From an uncultured Gammaproteobacteria bacterium (GTDB lineage: Bacteria; Pseudomonadota; Gammaproteobacteria; CAYGNG01): a stretch of 64,000 nucleotides of DNA. Within the stretch, counting starts at the first letter, position 1. Every line of letters starts with the position of its first letter. The DNA is taken from assembly GCA_964351225.1 (NCBI GenBank), contig CAYGNG010000003.1:20478-84477 (forward strand). The letters run 5' to 3'. Positions 18,888 through 27,081 of the stretch are shown here, piece by piece. Under the pieces are notes generated by a model. That model saw only the letters and a program-made list of their open reading frames with translations, was not told the DNA's origin and searched no databases. The translations under genes and the position numbers were made by a program.

Positions 18888-20336
18888 TTAATTGATGTTG
18901 ACACAAATGTTTTTAGGTTCTGTAAAGAAACGTAATCCTTCTATGCCGCCTTCCCGGCCAAGACCCGATTGCTTCATTCCGCCAAACGGTGTCCGCAGAT
19001 CACGCACCATCCAGCAATTAACCCAGATAAGCCCAGCATGAATTTGTGCTGCGATTCGATGCGCGCGCGACAGAGATTGTGTGAATATAGTGGCAGCTAA
19101 CCCATAGTCGCTATCATTTGCCCAATTCAAAACTTGATATTCGTTGTTAAACGGCATAATGCTAGTAACTGGCCCAAAAATTTCTTCCTGGTTCGTGCGG
19201 CAATTGGGATCCAATCCGGTGATCACCGTGGGCAGAATGAAATGCCCTTTGGCACAGCGTCCTTCTAACTGCACTCTCTCGCCACCCAAGATAATTTCGC
19301 CACCTTCGTTTGTTGCCAAATCAACATAAGACATTATCTTGTTGAAATGCTCTTGACTAATGATGGCGCCCTGCTGTGTGTTTTGATCCATGGGATCGCC
19401 CAATTTTAATTTAGCCGTAGCCGCCACAAATAAATCGACAAACTGATCATATATCGACTCCTCAACGAAAATTCGCGAAGTGCATAAGCATATTTGACCT
19501 TGATTCGAAAAGCTTGCCCGCACACACTCAGACACGGCAAGCTCTATGTTACAATCTGCGAAAATCAAAGCAGGATTCTTACCCCCGAGTTCCAAGGCGT
19601 GTTTTTTAAATTGTGGCGCCAATTCAGTCGCTATTCTTTTCCCTGTCACCGTACCACCGGTAAACGTAATTGCTTTGACTTCGGCATTACTGCAAAGTGC
19701 TTGGCCCGTCGTTTCACCTGCGCCATAAACAATATTCAATACCCCTTTGGGAAAGCCAATCTCTTGGCAAATTTTAGCAAGCTCATGGGCGGTTAACGAA
19801 GTGAGCTCAGATGGCTTTGCCACCACACAATTGCCAGTCGCCAACGCTGGTGCAATTTTCCAGGTTAATAAATATAGCGGCAAATTCCAAGGGGTTATGG
19901 CACCCACAACGCCCAACGGCTGACGCAGGGTATAATTTAATGCTCGCTCACCCATACTATAACATTCAGAATGAAATTGCGTGACGGCATGAGCAAAATA
20001 GCGCAAGTTTGCGCTCGCTCTTGCCATATCGACACTCTTCGCTAAAGTGATGGGCTTGCCGGTATCTCGAGTTTCGCATTCAGCAAGTTCATCTTGCTTA
20101 TACTCAATCGCATCGGCTAAACGCATCAACCAATTCGCTCTTTCTTCAATAGAGAGCTTAGACCAACGCGGAAAAGCATCTTTCGCAGCAAACACCGCTT
20201 GAATAACCGCTTCGGAATCGCCTCTTGGCACTTGGTAAATAACTTCTCCTGTCGCGGGATTAATCCCTTCTAAATATTCGTCATCTGTCGCTGGAAACCA
20301 TTCGGCATTTATATAATGGTGTATTTTTTCGGACAT
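18888..20336 (-). CDS. 2-aminomuconate semialdehyde dehydrogenase (ALDH8-like)
   Basis: PWNLPL, FTGGT, LELGGKNP, NQGQICLC, EEIFGPV, RDLRTPFGG; context. Confidence 0.9.
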   Translation of the reverse strand: MSEKIHHYINAEWFPATDDEYLEGINPATGEVIYQVPRGDSEAVIQAVFAAKDAFPRWSKLSIEERANWLMRLADAIEYKQDELAECETRDTGKPITLAKSVDMARASANLRYFAHAVTQFHSECYSMGERALNYTLRQPLGVVGAITPWNLPLYLLTWKIAPALATGNCVVAKPSELTSLTAHELAKICQEIGFPKGVLNIVYGAGETTGQALCSNAEVKAITFTGGTVTGKRIATELAPQFKKHALELGGKNPALIFADCNIELAVSECVRASFSNQGQICLCTSRIFVEESIYDQFVDLFVAATAKLKLGDPMDQNTQQGAIISQEHFNKIMSYVDLATNEGGEIILGGERVQLEGRCAKGHFILPTVITGLDPNCRTNQEEIFGPVTSIMPFNNEYQVLNWANDSDYGLAATIFTQSLSRAHRIAAQIHAGLIWVNCWMVRDLRTPFGGMKQSGLGREGGIEGLRFFTEPKNICVNIN

Positions 20337-20339
20337 TTA

Positions 20340-21392
20340 TTACTCCCTATTGTAGACAAACCCCAATTTCGCAACATAACTATCCACTAGTTTTGGCAAC
20401 GCATTCCTTGGAATAATATAAGTGGTTAAATTGGCAATATCATTAAATATTTTATGGTTTTCTACCGTGGATTTTAAATACTCATGCCCAGCGGAGCCGC
20501 CAGTGCCAACTTTAGTGCCAATCATTCGCATGACCAGTAACGCATGACCATAGCGCCATTGTGTAAATAATTCATCGATTGACACTAACGTCGACAATAA
20601 TTGAAAAGGCAATTGAAATACCGGTTGCTCTCGATATAAATAAATAAACAAGGCCGCACCCAACGCCTCATAAGACAGGATCTTCTTGCCATTTTGGTGG
20701 GTAGAATAATACTTTTCTTTATCAAAGAGTGTCGCAAAATGCGCTGCTTCAACCTTGATTTGTTTTTGCCGAATCGACTGGTTAGGCGTCAAAGCGTGTT
20801 CGGCTTGCTGTTGCTTCTCACCAAGCCAACACTGTACGGCCTTTTGATATTCGAGCCAAAAATTAAATTCCCCGGTTTGTAGAAACGGCATTCTCGTTAA
20901 CCACGTCTCAACTAAATCGAATAATGACAGCGGCTGTTGTTGATGCGCTGACGCCAATTTATCAAAATAAGGCGCTTGTTTATTATTGTGATCAGAGGAC
21001 AAACCGAACAGCATTTCAATTTGTCGAAATTGCACACTCTGAAAGCCAGAGGCTGGGATCAAATAATCACGAAATTCAAGAAACTCCATCGGCGTTAGAG
21101 TTTTTAAAATGGCGAGTTGATCGACTAATAATTTTTGTATGGCGGTGATCCGCCCTAAACGATGAACCACTAAAGAAATGGTATGATCGCTTAAAACCGG
21201 CGCATTCATGCAATGGCATACCGATTGCAATTCATGCAAAATTTGCTTAAACCATAATTCATACGCTTGATGAATGACGATGAATAACATTTCATCGTGG
21301 GCACCTTCACCGTAGTTAGCACTTTCTGGCGCTTGGGCAGATAAAATTTTGTCTAATTGTAAATATTCCCCATAACAAATCGTTTTGCTCAT
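20340..21392 (-). CDS. kynA: Tryptophan 2,3-dioxygenase, long form
   Basis: YGEYLQL, HDEMLFIVIHQAYELWFKQ, SGFQSVQFR, GTGGS; start at MSKTI (track ORF starts 21431). Confidence 0.95.
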   Translation of the reverse strand: MSKTICYGEYLQLDKILSAQAPESANYGEGAHDEMLFIVIHQAYELWFKQILHELQSVCHCMNAPVLSDHTISLVVHRLGRITAIQKLLVDQLAILKTLTPMEFLEFRDYLIPASGFQSVQFRQIEMLFGLSSDHNNKQAPYFDKLASAHQQQPLSLFDLVETWLTRMPFLQTGEFNFWLEYQKAVQCWLGEKQQQAEHALTPNQSIRQKQIKVEAAHFATLFDKEKYYSTHQNGKKILSYEALGAALFIYLYREQPVFQLPFQLLSTLVSIDELFTQWRYGHALLVMRMIGTKVGTGGSAGHEYLKSTVENHKIFNDIANLTTYIIPRNALPKLVDSYVAKLGFVYNRE

Positions 21393-21540
21393 ATTGTTCT
21401 CAAATTTTAAATTTCTCCACAACAAATGCATCGTATCATCATCCGCGTTTCATGCCTACAGCTTGATTAGATCCAATAAGGACCTTAGACTTACCTTCAA
21501 AAAAACATTGTTAATGTACCGTAGCAATTAAGGACTCATC

Positions 21541-22908
21541 ATGGCTGTGTATCACTCCACCCTCGAAATGATAGGCAATACCCCGCTCTTGCAAGTCACC
21601 CGAATGGATACTGGGCCTTGTCAACTCTTTTTGAAACTCGAATGCCAAAACCCTGGTGGATCAATTAAAGACCGTATCGCTCTTAATATGGTTGAACGCG
21701 CAGAACAGTCTGGGAAGTTAAAACCAGGCGGTACCATCGTGGAAGCAACGGCCGGTAACACGGGATTAGGCTTAGCCATTGTGGCAAGTCTCAAAGGTTA
21801 TAAAGCGGTGATTGTGATGCCCGATAAAATGAGCCGTGAAAAAGTCTTTCATTTACGCGCGCTTGGTGCTGAAGTTATCATGACGCGATCGGACGTCACC
21901 AAAGGTCACCCCGAATATTATCAAGATTTAGCGCAAACCGTCGTGAATAATTTAGATAATGCTTATTACATTAACCAGTTTGCCAATGAATATAATGTTG
22001 CAAGCCATTACCAATCAACAGCCCCAGAGATTTGGGAGCAAATGGATCATCAAGTTGATGCGTTGGTTGCTGGTATCGGCACGGGCGGCACCATCACAGG
22101 TGTCGGCAAATTTTTTAAAGAGCACAACCCAAATATTGAAATCGTATTAGCCGATCCTAAAGGCTCCGTGTTAACCGACTTTGTCAATCACGGCACACTC
22201 GGACAAGCCGCTTCCTGGCTGGTTGAAGGTATTGGTGAAGATTTCATTCCTCGTATTTGCGACATGACATTAATCGATGCGGCGATATCCGTCTCTGATA
22301 AAGAATCCTTTCTAGCGGCAAGAGAATTGTTGCGTCAAGAAGGGATCATGGGTGGCTCTTCAACTGGCACACTGCTGCATGCGGCCTTAACTTACTGCCG
22401 CCAACAAACTCAAGCTAAGCGTGTCGTGACTTTTGTGTGTGATACGGGAAATAAATATTTATCTAAACTCTATAACGACTATTGGATGCTGGATCAGGGC
22501 TTTTTTGAAAAACCCAGCCATGGTGATTTACGCGATATTATTAGACATCACCATGCTGAACACGCCACCGTCACGGTTGCCCCGCATGAACCGCTCAGCA
22601 CCGTGCATAATCGCATGCGCTTACACGATGTCTCACAATTGCCCGTGTTAGTTAATGGTGCTGTTGTTGGTATTGTCGATGAATCTGATTTATTATTGGC
22701 AATTTATAATGATGCTACGGGCTTTAGTAAACCGGTTCAAGATATCATGACTAAAAACTTAGTGCTCGTCAAAAAAGAAGCGAGCTTAGACGCGTTGCTC
22801 AAAACACTCAAAGACGATTACGTTGCTATTATCATGGATAATGAAAAATTTTATGGGATCATTACCAAAATTGATGTCATTAATTATTTAAGAAGAAAAG
22901 CCACCTAA
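21541..22908 (+). CDS. cbs: Cystathionine beta-synthase with C-terminal CBS pair, no heme domain
   Basis: NPGGSIKDR PLP lysine, GTGGT, EGIG, DTGNKYLSK. Confidence 0.9.
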   Translation: MAVYHSTLEMIGNTPLLQVTRMDTGPCQLFLKLECQNPGGSIKDRIALNMVERAEQSGKLKPGGTIVEATAGNTGLGLAIVASLKGYKAVIVMPDKMSREKVFHLRALGAEVIMTRSDVTKGHPEYYQDLAQTVVNNLDNAYYINQFANEYNVASHYQSTAPEIWEQMDHQVDALVAGIGTGGTITGVGKFFKEHNPNIEIVLADPKGSVLTDFVNHGTLGQAASWLVEGIGEDFIPRICDMTLIDAAISVSDKESFLAARELLRQEGIMGGSSTGTLLHAALTYCRQQTQAKRVVTFVCDTGNKYLSKLYNDYWMLDQGFFEKPSHGDLRDIIRHHHAEHATVTVAPHEPLSTVHNRMRLHDVSQLPVLVNGAVVGIVDESDLLLAIYNDATGFSKPVQDIMTKNLVLVKKEASLDALLKTLKDDYVAIIMDNEKFYGIITKIDVINYLRRKAT

Positions 22909-22922
22909 CCACCGAGGAAATC

Positions 22923-24074
22923 ATGCCATATAAATTTAATACCCAAGTAATCCACGCTGGGCAATCCCCTGACCCCACAACCGGTGCTATTAATGTCCCC
23001 ATCTATGCCACTTCCACTTATGCCCAATCGGCACCCGGGGAACACTTAGGCTTCGAATATTCTCGATCACAAAACCCCACCCGCTTTGCTTACGAGCGCT
23101 GTGTTGCCGAATTAGAAGGTGGTGCAGCCGGATTTGCGTTTGCTTCCGGCATGGCAGCAACCAGCACCATTTTAGAATTGATTAATAGTGGTGACCATGT
23201 GATTGCGATGGATGATTTATACGGTGGCACTTATCGCTTATTTGAAAATGTTCGCAAACGCAGCAGCGGTTTACACTTTACTTTTGCAAATTTAAGTGAT
23301 TTATCGAGCCTTGAAAAAGCGCTGCAGCCTAATAGCAAGATGATCTGGGTCGAAACCCCAACCAACCCCTTGCTCAAATGCGTTGATTTACAAGCCATTG
23401 CTGCTTTTGGTAAACAACATGGCCTCATCACCGTCTGCGATAACACCTTTGCTTCCCCTTGGATCCAGCAACCGATCCAACTCGGGTTTGATATCTCAAC
23501 ACATTCGGCTACCAAATATTTAAATGGCCACTGCGATGTGGTTGGTGGTGTTTCTGTGGTGGGTAACAATCCTGAGTTAATCGAACGTTTGCGTTATTTG
23601 CAAAATGCCATCGGCGCTGTTGCGGGACCGTTCGATAGTTTTCTCGTGTTACGTGGCATCAAGACTTTGGCATTACGCATCGAACGACAATGTCAAAATG
23701 CCATGCAGTTAGCCGAGTGGCTTAACACCCATCCTTTGATTGAAAAAGTTTATTACCCTGGCCTAGCGTCTCATCCGCAGCATGCGCTTGCGAAAAAGCA
23801 AATGCGGGCATTTGGCGCTATGATCAGTATTGTGGTAAAAGGTGAGCTCCCTGCCGCAAAAACAGTGCTATCGCGTTGCCAGTTGTTCACGCTGGCGGAA
23901 AGTTTAGGCGGCGTTGAAAGTCTCATTGAACATCCCGCCATCATGACCCACGCCTCGATTCCGAAAGCCAACCGCGAGAAACTGGGGATAAGCGATGGTT
24001 TATTGCGCTTATCGATTGGCATTGAAGACATTGATGACTTACAAAATGACTTAGCGCAAGCACTGATTCTGTAG
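22923..24074 (+). CDS. Cystathionine gamma-lyase/synthase
   Basis: YSRSQNPTR, ETPTNP, DNTF, HSATKYLNGH, AESLGGVESL. Confidence 0.92.
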   Translation: MPYKFNTQVIHAGQSPDPTTGAINVPIYATSTYAQSAPGEHLGFEYSRSQNPTRFAYERCVAELEGGAAGFAFASGMAATSTILELINSGDHVIAMDDLYGGTYRLFENVRKRSSGLHFTFANLSDLSSLEKALQPNSKMIWVETPTNPLLKCVDLQAIAAFGKQHGLITVCDNTFASPWIQQPIQLGFDISTHSATKYLNGHCDVVGGVSVVGNNPELIERLRYLQNAIGAVAGPFDSFLVLRGIKTLALRIERQCQNAMQLAEWLNTHPLIEKVYYPGLASHPQHALAKKQMRAFGAMISIVVKGELPAAKTVLSRCQLFTLAESLGGVESLIEHPAIMTHASIPKANREKLGISDGLLRLSIGIEDIDDLQNDLAQALIL

Positions 24075-24154
24075 ACAACGTCATTGTGAAACGACGAAGC
24101 AGTCCGATAAATAGATTGCCACGTCGCGCAATGACCGGTCTGATGTACTTATAC

Positions 24155-24601
24155 CTACTTAAGGTAGATGGTCACAATACCGGGAGTATTCTTGTAACTA
24201 CCATGTTGCAAAACGATATTATCAACTCGATCATTGCCGGCAATTATGTTTGTGTGAATATCTCCGGAAGCAAGAAAAGAATCATTTTGCTGCACGTTTA
24301 TTCTTACGATCGCGTCAGGATTTTTTTCATCCATAAAAGAAATAATTGCATCAGGACCATGGAAGGACCACGCTGAAAATACAGCTGTCGCAAACCCGAG
24401 TGACGCTATGTTAGGCGATCCAAAGTCACGGCTAACCTTTCCGTATTTTATTTTTTCTATTTTGATTAAGTATGGATGCGATGAACGATTAACAACGAAT
24501 ACATTTAAGTCATTACAAGAAACTTTATGATTATCGGCAAACGCTAATGCTCCCAATAATAACGAAATAATTGATGTTAAGAATACGCTGGTTATTTTCA
24601 T
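24155..24601 (-). CDS. Small secreted hypothetical protein
   Basis: Signal peptide ending ALAFA, beta-rich body. Confidence 0.7.
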   Translation of the reverse strand: MKITSVFLTSIISLLLGALAFADNHKVSCNDLNVFVVNRSSHPYLIKIEKIKYGKVSRDFGSPNIASLGFATAVFSAWSFHGPDAIISFMDEKNPDAIVRINVQQNDSFLASGDIHTNIIAGNDRVDNIVLQHGSYKNTPGIVTIYLK

Positions 24602-24678
24602 AGATTGCTCCTGTTATGTTTAAAGGGAAGCTCCCATCGCTTATTGTACAAAATCGCTTCTCGTGCCGATAATAATAG

Positions 24679-26499
24679 ATGATTTGCACCAAATCAAACA
24701 ATCCGCTAGACTGGGCTCGTTTTATTACACAACGCTCAAAAATCATGCTTATCCGATTAAAAAACGTTAATTTGCGCTTTGGCACCACCGCGCTACTCGA
24801 TGACGCCGCAATCACTTTACCTGAAAAAAATCGATTAGGCTTAGTGGGTCGTAACGGGGTCGGCAAGACCACCTTTTTAAAACTGCTCAATGGCGATATC
24901 CATCCGGACTCTGGCGAAATTGAATATAACCGCAATATTAAAATCAGCTATTTACCGCAATCTATCCCTGAAATTCACCGCTCTGTCCGTGAGTTAATCG
25001 CCAAGCCCATACAAAACAGCCATGAGTCTTGGCAAGTAACCGCTATGGTCGACAAGCTGCTCGCCCAAATGGATCTGGATGGCCAAGCCGATTTCATGAC
25101 CTTATCCGGGGGATTCAAACGCCGAGTTTTACTCGCCCAAGCGTTAATATCAGAGCCCTCCCTACTCATTTTAGATGAACCGACCAACCATTTGGATTTA
25201 CCGGCTATTACTTGGTTAGAGAATTACTTATTGAAATTGAATGCCGCCGTGCTATTCGTCAGCCACGACCGGCAATTCATCCGCAGCCTGGCTGAGCAAA
25301 TCCTTGATCTTGACCGCGGCAAATTAACCCTATGGGATTGTGGCTATGATGCTTTTCTGCAACGAAAAGCCGACTGGTTACACGCCCAAGAATTAGAATG
25401 GCAACGCTTCGATAAAAAATTAGCTGAAGAAGAAATCTGGATCCGCCAAGGGATCAAAGCGAGACGTACGCGCAACGAAGGCCGAGTTCGCGCTTTGAAA
25501 CAATTACGTCTGGATCGTGCCAAACGGCGTACGCAACAAGGCACAGCCAAATTGCAAATTGAACGCAGTAAACAGTCTGGGAAAATCGTGCTTGAGGCGA
25601 GTCACCTCAATTATCGCACCCTCATCAACGATTTCTCTATAACCATCCAGCGCGGTGATAAAATCGGGATCCTCGGCGCCAATGGTTGTGGCAAATCGAC
25701 ACTCATCAATCTCTTGCTTAAAAACCTGGCACCAGACAGCGGCCAAATAGAGCATGGCACCCAGTTAGAAATCGCTTATTTCGATCAACTCCGTGCTCAA
25801 ATCCATGACGAACAAACCGTCGTCGATAATGTTTCTGAAGGACGCAGCCACATTACGCTGCCCGATAAGTCGGTCCATATCATGCGCTACCTCCAAGATT
25901 TTCTGTTCTCACCAGAAGTGGCGCGCATGAAAGCCAGTGCCTTGTCTGGCGGTGAACGCAATCGTTTGCTATTAGCTAAATTGTTTTCTAAACCCGCCAA
26001 TTTATTAATCCTCGATGAACCCTCCAACGATCTCGATATCGAAACCTTGGAATTACTCGAAGAATTGCTGGATGCGTTTACCGGTACGGTTTTGCTGGTA
26101 AGTCACGATCGGGAATTTTTAAATAATGTGGTAACCAGCACGCTGGCCTTCACCGGCCCCGGCAAAGTAGAAGAATTCGTTGGGGGATATGATGATTATG
26201 TCCGACAAATGGCTCTGGCACCCCAAACTCGGTTACCAACAAATCAAACCAAAGCAGTTAGTAACAAACCCTTCGAACAAAAGCTAAACAACCGGGAAAG
26301 CAATGAATTAAAAAAATTGCCGGACAAAATCATGGCACTTGAAACAGAAATAGCCGCCGTACAACAACAACTGGCCGATCCCAAATTGTTTACCGATCAT
26401 CAAGCGCAAGTCATTGCCCTCACCGAGCAGTTACGCACACTCGAAGCCACGCTTAGCCAAGTTTTCACGCGCTGGGAAGAATTAGAAGCCAAGAAATAA
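24679..26499 (+). CDS. uup: ABC-F ATPase Uup
   Basis: Two ABC domains, WIRQGIKARRTRNEGRVRAL linker, C-terminal coiled coil; true start may be MLIRL near 24745. Confidence 0.95.
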   Translation: MICTKSNNPLDWARFITQRSKIMLIRLKNVNLRFGTTALLDDAAITLPEKNRLGLVGRNGVGKTTFLKLLNGDIHPDSGEIEYNRNIKISYLPQSIPEIHRSVRELIAKPIQNSHESWQVTAMVDKLLAQMDLDGQADFMTLSGGFKRRVLLAQALISEPSLLILDEPTNHLDLPAITWLENYLLKLNAAVLFVSHDRQFIRSLAEQILDLDRGKLTLWDCGYDAFLQRKADWLHAQELEWQRFDKKLAEEEIWIRQGIKARRTRNEGRVRALKQLRLDRAKRRTQQGTAKLQIERSKQSGKIVLEASHLNYRTLINDFSITIQRGDKIGILGANGCGKSTLINLLLKNLAPDSGQIEHGTQLEIAYFDQLRAQIHDEQTVVDNVSEGRSHITLPDKSVHIMRYLQDFLFSPEVARMKASALSGGERNRLLLAKLFSKPANLLILDEPSNDLDIETLELLEELLDAFTGTVLLVSHDREFLNNVVTSTLAFTGPGKVEEFVGGYDDYVRQMALAPQTRLPTNQTKAVSNKPFEQKLNNRESNELKKLPDKIMALETEIAAVQQQLADPKLFTDHQAQVIALTEQLRTLEATLSQVFTRWEELEAKK

Positions 26500-26520
26500 C
26501 GGATTGGTAAACAGGCCCTA

Positions 26521-26567
26521 GGGTCTGTTGACAATTACTTTTTGGGGCTGCAAATGGCAACAGGCTA
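26521..26567. repeat. Mini family-A repeat, preceded by an extra right end
   Basis: aacaggccc-TA-gggtctgttgacaattactttttggggctgcaaatggcaacaggcta. Confidence 0.8.
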
Positions 26568-26791
26568 TGGTCAATTAATACTCGCAACCCGCGACAAGGC
26601 TAAAAAGCAAACAAAATAGCATTGCCTTGACCCTCGCTTCCTTGGATGGTAGTTTGTCGGCCCTTTGCGACGAAGATCGCACAGTGGGTGCGGCAATTCT
26701 ATTACCAATTTTTTTCGGACATGGATTAGCAAGCGATTGTTAATATAGGAGATATATTTTGCTGGTGGCAGCCGGTGGTTAACCACACAAC

Positions 26792-26800
26792 TTATCCACA
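26792..26800 (+). promoter_or_regulatory. DnaA box upstream of nrdA
   Basis: Perfect TTATCCACA. Confidence 0.55.
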
Positions 26801-26838
26801 CTTTATCATCAAGTTGTTGTCTTGATTTTTACACTGCG

Positions 26839-26886
26839 CCGCATTATCTTGTATTTTATGACTGTGAGGGTGTCCATATATGGGCA
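26839..26886. promoter_or_regulatory. Tandem NrdR-box candidates
   Basis: ccgcattatcttgtat (26839) and near-palindrome tgtccatatatgggca (26871), 32 bp apart. Confidence 0.45.
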
Positions 26887-27081
26887 TTTTCGCGAACGGC
26901 TATATAGCAACTTCTGTCATTGACAGCCCATCGCGAATCGCACGAAAAACCGGATCACATAAATGCTGTAAAAGTCGCAATATAAAAGTTGAAAATTCAC
27001 GTAGTACCGTTTTTTTGTTAACATTTTTGCTGAAAAATTACACCGAAATTAGTATCTCATCACAGACAACTCGGAGGGAAT

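Noticed and set aside
26575-26622. 15-aa lipoprotein-like peptide MLFCLLFSLVAGCEY on the minus strand
   Set aside because: Too short, no basic n-region; could be chance or an unprovable remnant
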